Assembly: GCF_018977255.1 (NCBI RefSeq)
Contig: NW_024704770.1
Location: 3,100,001 to 3,164,000, forward strand
Source of the DNA: Callorhinchus milii
Lineage: Eukaryota
Direction of reading: 5' to 3'
Length of the DNA stretch: 64,000 nt
Below, one piece after another: positions 1-12,300 of the stretch. Numbering within the stretch: the first letter of the stretch is position 1; each line of letters opens with the position of its first letter. The translations under genes were made by a program, and so were the position numbers. The notes beneath the pieces were generated by a model, which worked only from the letters and a program-made list of their open reading frames with translations, was not told where the DNA came from and ran no database searches.

Positions 1-2885
1 CGAAAACCACCACAACGTGAGTAACCACCTCTCTCTCACTCTCTCTCTCTCCACTTGGCAGTAACCGTGTCTCTCTCTCTCTCTCTCCAGTCTCGACCCC
101 GTCGACCAGCACGGCGCTACACCAACGTGGAGGGCTTCCAGCGGCCCCCCCCTCTCAGGTACACAACGCTTTCCTTCCTCTCCGTAAAGCCCCCCCCCAT
201 ATCCTCTCCTCCCACCCCCCACCCCCTCACCCTCTGTCCCCACACACTCCCCGCAGTATCCAGACTTGCTGAGGGTTTCCCTGGGGCTGTCACGGATTGT
301 CACTGTGTGTGACCGTCTCTGACTGTGACCGTGAGGGACTGAGTGTAAATATTACTGACTGTAACCGAGTGCTACTGACTGCGACTGACCTGAGTGTGAC
401 TGTGTGTGAGGGTAAGTGTGACTGCACCGATGTACTGATGGGTGTTTACTGGTTTATTAGCGGCAGAAGGAGATGTGTTCAGTGGTTTAACACCGGCAGA
501 ATAGGACGCGTTTCTGTTTAAAAGAGAAGTTTATTCCCAGGGAGTGGTTCTGATGGGCTGTTTCGGTTCAGACGAACATAGAATATTGCAGCACAGAAGG
601 AGGCCATTCGGCCATCGTGCCTGTGCCTGTGTCTGCTCTTTGGAAGAGCTCTCCAACCCGGTCCCACTCCCCCTGCGCTCTCCCCATATCCTCGCTAGTT
701 TTTTCCTCTTCAAAGTACCTATCCAATTCCCGTTTGAAAGTCAGCCTCTTCCCTCCCCCCCCCCACCATCACCCCACCTCTCCCCTCTCCCAGTCAGGGC
801 TGAGGGATTGGATTTTTGAGTGGGAGAGGAACGGTGTTGAACGAACCCCAATCAATCATCACAATTATTTGCTTCCGTTTGTTTGTGTTGCTTTTCCACT
901 GCAATGGAAATAAAAAGTTGTTTCCACCGACCCTTTCAGACCGTAACAACGCTGTGTGTGTGTATAAAAAATGTCTCCTCATCTCCCCTCTGGGTCTTTG
1001 GCCAGTTATCTTAAATCCATGTGCCCTGGTCACCGACCCACCTGCCGGAGGAAACAGTTTCTCCCCTCTCTACTCTTATCAAAACCCCCTCATCATTTTG
1101 AACCCTCTATAAAATCTCCCCTTCTCTGCTCTTAAGGAGAGCAATCCCGGCTTCTCTTAGTCTCTGCACGTAACTAAAGTCCCTCATCCCTGGCACCATC
1201 CTGTAAATCTCTGCTCCCTCTGCAAAGGCCTTGATATCCGTCCTAAACGAGTGTGTGACTGTTTGTTCGTGATTGACAGCAGTGACGTACGTGGCTGTGT
1301 GGTGATGGTGACAGTGAGTGCTATTTGCAGGGAGGGGGGCAGTGTGGATGTGACAGACGTCCCATCGCTGGAGGCGGGGGAGGAGGAGGGGGAGGAGGAG
1401 AGGGAGGAGGAGGAGCTGGAGGAGGAGGAAGACATGGACCTGCTCGGGGAGATCTTCGAGACGCTGAGCACACGAAGCTCACACGAGCGCGGAGTCCTGT
1501 ACGCCAGCCGCAGCCTGGACTGCTTCAGCCGGGACTCGGTCGAGGACATCTGTGTGGTGAGTCGCTCCCAGACACACATCATTCGCACACACACACACAC
1601 ACACACACACACGTACGTACATACACTCCCACCCTACACCCCAAGTCACACACATACACCCCACCCCAATATACCCCACTCCAGCCAGACGCCACGTTAC
1701 ACCTGCCTCCCACCCCCCCGCCCCCCACACAGACACTTCCCCTTCACATACACACATCACACATATAACACAACGCTCCTCAAACCAGATACACCCACCC
1801 ACCCCCCCCCCAACACACGCGCACCCCCCAGACACTACTGCCAAACACAGACAGATCGCCCCAAACACCCCCAGACACTACCCCCAAACACAGACAGCCA
1901 CCCACCCTCGCTGTGAGTGTGTTGTGTTCCGCACTGGCCCCCAAGACCACCACATAAACACAAGCTGCTGCTGTTGTTGTTGTTGTTTGCTGACCAGTGT
2001 TTGCTGTGGGCAGGTCAGGGCCATGGAGCGGCCTCAGGGGTTCGGCAGGGATTGGGTGAACTCCTTCTCCTCCCTCGAGCACATCTCCCCCGGATCCAGC
2101 TCCCAGGACCTCAGCGATGGCCGGCCTCTCCCCAGCTCCATTCCAGAGGAGAGCCCGGAATCCTGCCAGCCCCCCGCGGGAGGGCCCGGAGCGACGGAGA
2201 CCCCCCCCACCACTCCCCCGCGGAGCGGGGACAAGTGCACGGGGATCTGGTGGGACACGGCTCCACACTGGCCCCCAGCGACTCCGAACCCGGGCCCCTG
2301 GAGCCGGCCCCCCGTCCCGACAGTGAGGAGCCGGCACCGGAGGGGAGTGGGGGGGGCTCCGGGCAAACACAGGGCCAGTCCAGCGAGACCCTCCCCCAGC
2401 CCACTCAGCCCCTCCCCCAGCCCACTCAGCCCCTCCCCCAGCCCACTCAGCCCCTCCCCCAGCCCACTCAGCCCCTCCCCCAGCCAGCCCAGCCCCTCCC
2501 CATGTCTCCCCCAGGTTGTGAGGGGGCGACGCCTATGCTGAGCGCTGGGGAGACCGAGCGGAGCCGAGAGGTGGCGGAGAGCGCGCGAGGGAGGGGGGCG
2601 CTGACGGTGCAGGAGGTGGGGAGCACAAACAGCGGCACACAAACCCCCCGGGGGCAGGCGGTGGCCAACCGGCCCGAGGCCCTGAGGGTCAAACTCCGAC
2701 CGACCACGTCCCCGGCTTTGCTGGGATCTGCCCCCCCCTCCCCCCTGGCCGGGCAGAGTCTCCCCGGGACCCTGGCCCCGAATGGGACACCTCCGCGGGC
2801 CCCCAGCCCCCAGCCAGACCCAGACCCCGATAACACTCCTCCCCCTCGGAAGGTCTCCGAGCTTAAGAAGCGATTCGAGGGCTGA
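1..2885 (+). CDS. DENND1C: DENN domain-containing protein 1C-like (connecdenn 3), 3' exons; gene starts before the window
   Basis: GT-AG exons <1-16, 91-158 (SRPRRPARRYTNVEGF), 1331-1556 (DMDLLGEIFETLSTRSS...ASRSLDCF, resembles the DENND1 family motif) and 2014-2885, ending KVSELKKRFEG* like the DENND1C C-terminus. Tail-to-tail with CRB3 as in human. The last exon needs a frameshift near the C-run at about 2201-2220. Confidence 0.78.
575..1245 (-). mobile_element. CR1/HER1-type LINE 3' fragment, interrupted by an insertion at about 740-920
   Basis: Typical chondrichthyan CR1 tail (aacatagaa...aggaggccattcggcccatcgtgcctgtgcc). ORF2-like C-terminal text on the minus strand (ORF 794-1033 TRAHGFKITG...RRHF). 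Confidence 0.75.
2388..2500 (+). repeat. Coding 21-bp tandem repeat, about 5 copies, encoding (LPQPTQP)n in the DENND1C tail
   Basis: Repeated ccctcccccagcccactcagc unit read directly in the sequence. Confidence 0.9.
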
Positions 2886-3568
2886 AATTTACACCAAACC
2901 CTCCCGGGCGGGGTGGGGGCACGGGGTGGGGGCACAAGGGGGGATCTCCCTGCCCAGAGACTATGTATTGGCCTCCTTTCCCTTCGGGGGGGATTTCACG
3001 AGGAGACACACCCTCGGCTGGGGCTGGGGTGCACTGCCCCCCCCACCCCGGCGTGCACGGGCTCTGTATAAAACCAAAGTTGCTGTTGTTGGGATTTTTT
3101 TAATATATTTTCTTTTTGTTTAAAAATCTAAACACTGCGAAGACCACTCGACTCGACCCGGTCGCCTTCACTGGGTGGTTGGGTGGGGGGGGGGGGGAGA
3201 CTCGCCACCTTTTCCCCCACCCTCTCCTCCCTCCCACCCCGTTTGCGGAGACCAGGGAACCCCGGTTACCTCCTCCCCGCACTACTGCAGCTCAGCAGCA
3301 GGCGGCGATGGCGCTGCTCGACTAAGTGTGGGTTCACCCCCTTAAACCCCAGCCTCAGCCCGGACTGGGAGAGGGGGAGAGGGGAGTGGGGTGCGAGTGA
3401 GGGTACAGTAAGCCCTCCTCTGCTTCCCCCTTCCCCCACCCACCCAGTCAGGGTTGAGGGGGTGGGGAGGAGTGGGGGGGGGGGGGGGGAGGGGGTTGAG
3501 GTAACCCCAATAATTCCATCACAATCATTTGCTTCTGTTTTTTCCTGTTGCTTTTCCACCGCGATGGA

Positions 3569-3574
3569 AATAAA
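3569..3574 (+). terminator. Polyadenylation signal of DENND1C
   Basis: First AATAAA after the 2885 stop, followed by T/GT-rich sequence. Confidence 0.6.
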
Positions 3575-4175
3575 AGTTTTTTTAATAATAATGTTACAGG
3601 CCACGTGTGGTCTTTCATTCAAATCCCTGTAGCGGCGACGACGGGGTTGGGGTGGGGGGTGGGGGGGTGGTGGAGGGTGTGATGGGGTTGTGGGCTTCGG
3701 GGGTGAAGGCCTTTGTGCCCTCCCTCTCCCACCCCCTTTCGAGATCAGTCGTCAGCAGACAGAACGGGACCCACTGTTCCAGAACTTAGGAGACAGCAAA
3801 TCTTAAAAAAAATCCCGGGGAAATTACTGTGTGAGAGCACAGCTTCCCCCCACCCCCCTCCGCCACCCCACCCACCCCCACCTCCTCTCCCCCCCACCCA
3901 CAGACAGGACAAGTTCCTCCCAAAAACAGAAGTCGCTGGGAACACGCAGCAGGTCAGGCAGCACCTATGGAGAGTCGTGGAACACCGGTGGGGGGGGCAG
4001 CGGGAGCGACGGTGTGTCCAGTGCTGGTCGCGGGTCAATGGGTGGGGTGGTGGTCACTAATGTCTGGTCACCAGTCGCTGGTGGGCACTTGGACAGTCAT
4101 GTTTGCCAGTTGCCAGACCGTGGGCCATGGTGGCCAGGCTGTAGGCACTGGTTGCCGGGTGGTGGTTGACGGCCT

Positions 4176-5886
4176 CTAGATGAGCCTCTCCTCCGGTGGC
4201 AGCTTGAGGCCGGTGCCAGGCTGCCCTGCCCGCGGGCCCTGCTGCTCCTGCCCACTCGGGTTGTAGGTCCCCTCTTCCCGGCGTTTCTCTTTCACCTTGA
4301 GGATGATGATGGTCAGGACGACGATGATGATGAGGACCCCCCCAATCACACAGGGGGCCACGATGGCGGCAATCTGCAGAGACACGAGACGTTCACACCC
4401 GGGAACGAGGTCACACACACACCCACACAAACTCACACACACACACCCACTCACACACAAACACACACACACCCACACAAACTCATACACACACACCCAC
4501 TCACACACACCCACTCACACACAAACACACACCCACTCACACACACACACCCACTCACACACAAACTCATACACACACTCACACACACATACCCACACAC
4601 AAACTCATACACACACACCCACTCACACACACACCTACTCACACACACCCACCCACACACACACAAACTCATACACACACATCCACTCACACACACCCAC
4701 ACACACCCACTCATACACAAGCTAATACACACACACCCATCCACACACCCACACCCACCACACGCGCACTCATACGTACACACACACACACACACGTACA
4801 AACACACACACTCACCCACTCATACACGCACACCCACACACACTGACCGACTCTCTGCACCCTCAACATTGCGTTAGGAACCCTCCAGCTCGCTCCCCTC
4901 ACCCCTCCCCCCCACCACTCGGGCGCCACACCGGAACGCCGAGCCGGACCGCACTGTTATCCCTCAGGAATAACTTGACTTACATTGGTTCCGGGCTCCT
5001 GAGTTGCTGTGATGTTGTTGTTAGGTGAAGTGACTGTGATCATCGCTGTGGGGAAACAGATGGAATTTATCACTTATCATTTATCACTAACCCCTCAAGC
5101 CTGTTCTATCAGATCTGGGCTAATCTGTACCTCAACTAACTCCAATTGCTCCGTATCCCCTGTTCTCCATATCCCCTGATCCCCAAATCCCCAAATCCCC
5201 TGATCCCATAATCCACAGCCTTTTGGGGGAGGGAGAGAGAGATTCCTATTAGCCTTTGGGTGAAAGAAAATAGAAGAGAATGGAGCGGGACTTGGCCTTT
5301 TCACACACGGCCAAGCCCAGGCTCGGGTGGGGGCTGGGGTTGGGGGCTGGGGTTGGGGGGCTGGGGTTGGGGGGCTGGGGTTGGGGGCTGGGGTTGGGGG
5401 GCTGGGGTTGGGGGCTGGGGTGGGGGTCTGGATTCGGGGGCTGGTGTTTGGGGCTGGGGTTGGGGTTGGGGGGCTGTGCTGTCACAGTCGGGCCGGGGCT
5501 GGTTGATGTTTAATCTCCCGCAGGATGTCATGACCCTGTGAGTAATGTTTGAACGTTCAGTGTCTGGTTTACAGTAACACGGAAAGTCACTCTCGGTGAC
5601 TAAGTCACTGGTAATAATTAACCAGTAACATGTAACATGTCGCTCGTCAAACTCCCTCACAAACTCACTGCAGAAACACAGCGATACAAAGAGAGAGAAC
5701 GATCTGGGGGGGGTTTATATAGCGCCATCTCAAAGTGCTTCACAGTAATTACTGCCCATGTAGTGACTGTGTGTTTTGTGGGTGAGGGCGGCAGATAATC
5801 TGTGAACACAGCGACGCCCCCACTGGGAAAGCAACTGACGAATTTACTGAGCTGGGAGATTGCCGTCCAGGACACGGGGAGGGAAG

Positions 5887-5918
<32 letters not shown>

Positions 5919-6908
5919 CTCCCTTCTCTTTCCCAATCGGCCACAGGTGTGGACGAGGAGCCGGGGTTGAAGGTTTGGGTTGAAGGGTGGTGCCCAGCCC
6001 ATGCGTGTGCGAGTGCGTGTGCGTGTGCCAGCCCGGACACTGAGCTCAAAGTCCGTCACGTGGGACTTGGAACGAGCTCCAGGTCAGAGGCTCAGCCACA
6101 AACTGACCGGATTCGAGTCACGAAAACAATAAGGAAACATTCAACCAAATAACTCTCTCTCTCTCTCTCTCTCTCTCTGGCTCCACCCGAGCACGGCCTC
6201 TCTCTCTCTCTCTCTCCCACTGGGTCAGCGCGGCCCCCATTCCCTCTGCCAACAGCAACAAGGTCCATCCTACCTCCACGCCGCCCTCCCCTCCCCCAGC
6301 GCCCGCCTCGCACCCCCCCCACCCCCACCCCCAACCCCTGGCCTCGCTCTGTCTTCGCCAGCGTGTGCGCAAAGGGAGGCCATTCAGCCCATCCAGCCTG
6401 TTTCAGCCGATCTGTAAACTCTGTGTGAAGGGCGCTGTATAAGTGCAAGTTGTCGTTGGGTAAAAGCCTGACACCGGGCAGTCCTGCTCTCTCTCTCCCT
6501 CTCTCTCTCCCTCTCTCCTCTCCCCCCCCCCCCCCCCGTGGTATCTTGGGGTACAGTGTGTCCTTGTTCAGCAGAGCTTGAGCCTCTCGGAGCACATCAC
6601 GTCCCCCAGTTGTTCCGGGCACGACCTCCTCTCTCTCACTCTCGCTCTAACAAAAGAGCAACCGTCTCCCTCCCCCTTCCCCCCACCCCACAAACACACA
6701 CAGCGACCGACACACACACCGACAACAACAACAGCAACAACGACAAAATATCCTCGTACAACACCTTTCACATCAGGAGGACGTCTCAAAGTGTTCAAAG
6801 CACAAACGCGCACACAAACACATAGTGCACACACACATACCCCTTTTACCCCCAATTGCCTCTCCCTCTCCCCACACACGCCTCCCCCCCCCCCCCCATC
6901 TTACCCAT
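4176..6908 (-). CDS. CRB3: Crumbs homolog 3 (CRB3A-type, ERLI C-terminus)
   Basis: Last exon 4176-4373 encodes a TM helix, the FERM-binding GTYNPS motif and the PDZ-binding EERLI*. Exon 4984-5045 (AMITVTSPNNNITATQEPGTN) is phase-compatible. Putative start exon ends ATG G|gtaag at 6905-6908 (less certain). Confidence 0.88.
5325..5472 (+). repeat. (GGGGCT/GGGGTT)n G-rich tandem repeat, G-quadruplex-forming
   Basis: About 20 consecutive G4-G6 runs in a CRB3 intron. Confidence 0.85.
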
Positions 6909-8282
6909 TCCCAGCCTCTGGCCTCAGAGCCCCAGGGTCCCGTCACTGCTCCCGATCGCCCAGGAACATAATGGGATCGGCCCCTCACTCCGCAGCCAAT
7001 TCCCGGCCAATGTTCTGGGGAAAAAGAGGCAACTTTTTGTGGGTATGAATTGGGGCAACAACAACAACAACAAAATGACAGTTATAGAGCGCCTTTCACA
7101 TCGGGGTGGGGGTGGGGAGGTGGAGGTGGGGTTGGGGAGGTGGAGGTGGGGGTTGGGGAGGTGAAGGTGGCGGTTGGGGAGGGGGGTTGGGGGGTGGTGG
7201 GGGTTGGGGGAGGTGAAGGTGGGGGGTTGGGGGTGGGGGAGGTGGAGCCGGCTGGAGGCCGCTGAGCGGAGGGAGCGGACAGGTTTGTATGGGGAGGGGA
7301 TCAGGAGGGATGGAGGGATGAGGGGAGATACGATAAAGACACAATCCCGAGTCTCACCGACCGCTCAGTCGGGACAGTGGCCTTCACCCGGGGAACGTCT
7401 CGGGGGGTTACCGTCTCAGGAGGGTGGGGGGGGGGACAGCTGACCCGGGGGGGGGGGGGGGGGGCTGACCGGGGGGGGGGGTGGGGGGACAGCTGACCGG
7501 GGGGGGGGGGGGGGGGGGCAGGAGGTGGGAGAGGCGCTATATCAAGTGCGAGGATTATTATTATTATTATTCAGCAAAGCAGAGAAACAGATAAGAGAAC
7601 AGATCAATAATCTCTTCCGCCCCAACAAACCCGAATTAAAGAGGTTTTGCGGCTCTCTCTCTCTCTCTCTCTCTCTCTCACATTCTCTCTCTCTCCCTCA
7701 CACCCTCTGTCTCTCTCACCTCCACACACACACATCACCTCCTCTNNNNNNNNNNNNNNNNNNNNNNNNNNNNNNNNNNNNNNNNNNNNNNNNNNNNNNN
7801 NNNNNNNNNNNNNNNNNNNNNNNNNNNNNNNNNNNNNNNNNNNNNNNNNNNNNNNNNNNNNNNNNNNNNNNNNNNNNNNNNNNNNNNNNNNNNNNNNNNN
7901 NNNNNNNNNNNNNNNNNNNNNNNNNNNNNNNNNNNNNNNNNNNNNNNNNNNNNNAGCCGCGCAGTGCTCAGAGGGAACAGCACAGTCTCAGCCCTGAGCG
8001 GGAATCCCGGACTCACTTTGTTTTAAGAGGAGAGAGTTTTTAGTTCAATCATAAAAATAATACTAATAATAATACTAATAATAATACTAATAATAATACT
8101 AATAATACTGAGTGTAACTGATTGGAGCTGCGGTTCGGGGTTTGGGAACAGCGCAGTGGAGAGTTTTCAGCGATTAATAACTCACCGAACAGCGAAGTGA
8201 AACGTTTGAGAAAAGTCGGAGAGAAGTTTTTTGGGGGAATTTTTCAGCCGCAGATACCGAGAGGAGACGGTGTCTGTGTCCA

Positions 8283-8375
8283 CCGGTCCCGAGTCTCCCC
8301 CTCTCCCCCTCTCCCCGGTCCCGAGTCTCCCCCTCTCCCCCTCTCCCCGGTCCCGAGTCTCCCCCTCTCCCCCTC
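8283..8375. repeat. About 33-bp tandem repeat x3 near the CRB3 5' region, next to an assembly gap
   Basis: ccggtcccgagtctccccctctccccctctc repeated three times. Confidence 0.8.
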
Positions 8376-8954
8376 ACACCGGCGACAGGTNNNNNNNNNN
8401 NNNNNNNNNNNNNNNNNNNNNNNNNNNNNNNNNNNNNNNNNNNNNNNNNNNNNNNNNNNNNNNNNNNNNNNNNNNNNNNNNNNNNNNNNNNNNNNNNNNN
8501 NNNNNNNNNNNNNNNNNNNNNNNNNNNNNNNNNNNNNNNNNNNNNNNNNNNNNCTCTCCCCCTCTGTGGCCACACCTGAACCTGTAACCGGACCCCGAGC
8601 TCCGCCCCGGGGGGTGTTCCCCACTCAGCACGTGACCAGCAAACGGCAGTGCCCCCCCCTCCCCCCCTCCCCCCCTCTGCCCCCCCTCCCTCCCCCCTCT
8701 GCCCCCCCCTCCCCCCCTCCGCCCTCCCCCCTCCCCCCCTCTGCCCCCCCTCCCCCCCCCTCCCCCCCTCCGCCCCCTCCCCCCCCCCCCCTCCCCCCTC
8801 CCCCCTCCCCCCTCCCCCCCCCTCCCCCCCTCCCCCCCCCCTCCGCCCTCCGGTCAATCCCTAAACTGTACATCAGAGAAGTCATTGTTATTGTGTGACT
8901 TCCCGGTACAGCAGTGGGCGGAACGCGGCTCAGAGCCGATGGGGCAGATCCCTG

Positions 8955-9398
8955 TTTTTCGGGGGTAATAAACCCTTCAAAAAAATTAAATCGAATACAT
9001 TTTGGTCCCTCCGTGGGGACGTCGCTGGGCGCCACCGGCTGCCGGGTTTCACCCAATAATGACACAGTCACTACACCTTACAGCGTGTCCTGTGAAGCGC
9101 TTTGAGCCGTCTCGAAGACGTGATAAGGCGCTGCGTCAACTGCGAAGGTATTATTACGACATTGTCGTAGACTATCATTGTTGTTATTATTTTCCAAAGG
9201 GGTTATTATCCCCAGAAAGCGATCTGACAATCGACTGACAACCGGGTTCCTAACCAGAGGCTGTGTGTGTGTGTGGGGGGGGGGGGGGGGAGTAAGGAAA
9301 CTTGCCCAAGGTCTGGCCCCGACCTGACCCGCCCGGGAATCAAACCCGGGTCCTCTCGCTTGCGAGGCGGGGGCTCTAACCCCTGAGCCACAGGACTG
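8955..9398. mobile_element. tRNA-derived SINE pieces (plus-strand 3' half joined to a minus-strand tRNA head)
   Basis: Core and tail ...gaagcgctttgag..gtctcgaagacgtgataaggcgct on +. A-box/B-box head (tggctcaggggttagagc...gggtttgattcccgg) on -. Confidence 0.75.
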
Positions 9399-10007
9399 CA
9401 CACATAATCCTCACATTTATATAACAATTTGATCCTTTTATATAACTGTGACACAGTGGCCTTTGGGATCCTTCCACCAGTCTTTCACCAGTGTAAGTGA
9501 AGTAACTGTGTGGGCGATGGGTCACTGACCACTGACCCCACCCCCGGAGTTGTGGATCTGCAGTTGTCACCCACAAACCAGGCTGGACTTTGCCACCGTC
9601 ACAGCGGGAGTGGTGGGGGGGGGGTGGGGGGGGGGAACCTCACCAATTTCACCCAACACAATTTCACTGAAAATTCAACAGTTTCTTTATTTACTTATAT
9701 TTCATTTCAAACCTTTCATTCTGGAATGTAAGTAATAGCAGATTAGAATCACGGTAAAGCTCCTCTACACTGTGCGTCCACACTCCCAGGTCAGAGCCAG
9801 AGCCAGAGGGAGGGAGGGAGGGAGGGAGGGAGCGGGGGANNNNNNNNNNNNNNNNNNNNNNNNNNNNNNNNNNNNNNNNNNNNNNNNNNNNNNNNNNNNN
9901 NNNNNNNNNNNNNNNNNNNNNNNNNNNNNNNNNNNNNNNNNNNNNNNNNNNNNNNNNNNNNNNNNNNNNNNNNNNNNNNNNNNNNNNNNNNNNNNGGGGG
10001 GTGTTTG

Positions 10008-10625
10008 CTAGAAGGTCTGGAGGTTGGTTGCGGTGCAGACCAGGTTGATGCCAGTGCAGACGAGGCAGACGAGGTTGCAGAGGACGGAGGCGATGTGATA
10101 GTTGACGAAACGGTGGCTGAGATCCTGGTAGTTGGGGTTGGTGTCTCGGAGACGCTGGTACTCCGGGTTGCCCCTGGTGACGCCCACCTCCTCGCCCAGT
10201 CCGTGCTCCTTCTCAATCTTGTACATCTTGAACATCAAGGAGCTGGTGCTCTGCCCAAACCACTGGGCGTTCAGCCCGGCACACAGCACGCAGACAAACA
10301 GGGATGCCACCTGGGGGCACGAAGCAACCGTGATTCCCTTCTCCCCAGACTCCGGGTGACCACAACAACAACAACAGCAACATCACATTTGTAAAGCGCC
10401 TTTCACGTCGGGAGGACGTCCCAGGGCGCTGAACAGTCGGGGATCAGGATCCGAGCATCGGGGGGGTGGGGGGTGAGGGTTTGGGGGGCGCAGGGTTGGG
10501 ATGAGGGAGGGCAGAGGACGGCGGCTGAAAGCACGGTCGAAAAAAGGAGGGTCTTGAGTCGTGCCTTGAAGAGAGAGGAGGGAGGGAGAGAGAGAGTGAG
10601 AGGAAGAGGAAAGAGAGAGAGGAGG

Positions 10626-10656
<31 letters not shown>

Positions 10657-11688
10657 GGAGGAAGGAGAGAGAAGAGGGGGAGAGTGAGAGAGAGAGGACT
10701 GGTAGAGAGCGTGAGAGTGAGAGAGAGCGAGCGAGGTGAGATGGGAGGCATTGAATTACCTGCAGGCTCTCGGCTGGGCTGAGCATCTCTCTGGGGTGGT
10801 AGACTGCGTACAGGGCCAGGCTGAGGAAGGAGCCCCCCAAGACCCCGAACAGATAGTAGGGGAAGAGTTTACTCTGCACCAAACCAAACGTGTGCCTGGG
10901 GACGTTCCTCCTGAGTACGGTGCCTGAGGGGGCCACAAAACAGCCAAATACAGCGGAGAGAACACACCACCACAAACACACGCTGCAGAGAAACAACACC
11001 CACATCGTGTCTCACGGCCGGACCTCCTGTCCGTCCCTCGCCCCTCCCTCAGCTCCACCGCCGGTGGCCGTGCCATCAGCCACTACACCCTGAAACTCTT
11101 GAACTCCCTCCCTCAATCCCCCCCTCGGCCTCGCCCCCTCCCTGCCTCCCTCCCCACTTTCAAATCCTGCATAAAGGCCTTCCTTTTTTTGGGCACCTCC
11201 CAACTTCTCCCCCAGCCCACACCCTCTCACCCCCCCCCCCCCCCACCCCCCCACCGGCTTGGGGTCAGCCTCCGCCACTGTCAAGCGCTCTGGGACGCTG
11301 CCCCACGTGAGAGGCGCTGTCTAAATGTTGTTGTTTGCGTATAAAATAATAAATCTTTGCATCTGAGTTGGTGTCTTATCGCGTCTTCGAGACGTCTCAA
11401 AGCGCTGCACAGAATACACCGTGAAGTGTAGTGACTGTGTACTTTCTGAGCGAAGCGCGGCAGCTGATTGCGCCCAGCGGTGTCCCAGTGGCTGATCATT
11501 ATTATTTTGAAGCGATTATTACCCCCTGAAAAGTGATCCGCGAGTCGACTAACAACCAATTAACTCATCTACTCCCACATCTTCTCACCTGCCACGAATG
11601 TCATCCAAATCTGTGCCCCCCACATGGTGGAGAGGAAGGTCAAATGGGTCAGTTTAACCAGCTGGGTGGGCTCCCCTTCGGTGGGCAT
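10008..11688 (-). CDS. TMEM205: Transmembrane protein 205, 188 aa
   Basis: Exons 11589-11688 (MPTEGEPTQLVKLTHLTFLSTMWGAQIWMTFVAG), 10760-10923 (PRHTFGLVQSKLFPYY) and 10008-10310 (EKEHGLGEEVG...YHIASVLCNL). All GT-AG, phases consistent, 567 nt. Confidence 0.95.
10365..10570 (-). mobile_element. L2-clade LINE 3' end; similar copies at about 11050-11335, 18190-18535, 22920-23170, 25195-25420, 26450-26570, 31565-31780, 47315-47620, 56410-56720, 63330-63550
   Basis: Encodes the FKARLKTLLF ORF2 C-terminus, then ...gtgaaaggcgctttacaaatg and a (gtt)n tail. Confidence 0.75.
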
Positions 11689-12097
11689 CGTTGTCTCCTC
11701 TCGGGGGTCTCGGGGGGGTAGGGGGGCACGAGGCTGGGTCTTCTAGAGAAGAGGCTTCTCTCCGAGGGGAAGGAATTACCTCTTTCCTGGGTCTGAAATA
11801 AAGAGTGTCAGACTGGGGCAGGAAGGAACGTGCTGACAGGCAGAGATAACTGTGACTCACTGGCTTGGCATATGCTAAAGCTTCCTCCCTCCCTCTCTTC
11901 CTTACTCTCCCTCTCTCTCTCTCCCTCTCTCTCTCTTCCTCTCCCTCCCGTGGTAACACAAAACCTTGATGTCAGTGGAGAGGGGAGAGATAGTGAGACA
12001 GAGAGACAGAGAGGAGGGAAGCGGTGGGAGAGAGAAGATACAGAGGAGGAGGAGAGAGCAAAAGACTTCTCCTCCAGCCTCCGCACCGTTCTTGTGC

Positions 12098-12300
12098 AGA
12101 GTTCCTCAGGGCTCCGTCCTGTTCACCCTCTACACGCTCCCCCTTGATGACATCATCCTCAGACATGGGGTAAATTTCCACACGTATGCAGATGACACCC
12201 AACTCTATCTCTCTGCCTCCACCCTCAACTCCAGGACTACTGATGTCCGACATCAAGTCCTGGACAAGGGACAACTTTCTCCAACTCAACGTCAGCAGAG
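12098..12300 (+). mobile_element. L2/CR1-type LINE reverse transcriptase fragment (degenerate)
   Basis: Translation [40 protein letters not shown] contains the PQGS and YADD RT motifs. Confidence 0.9.

Noticed and set aside
7746-9994. ORFs spanning N-runs
   Set aside because: Assembly gaps with no sequence information.
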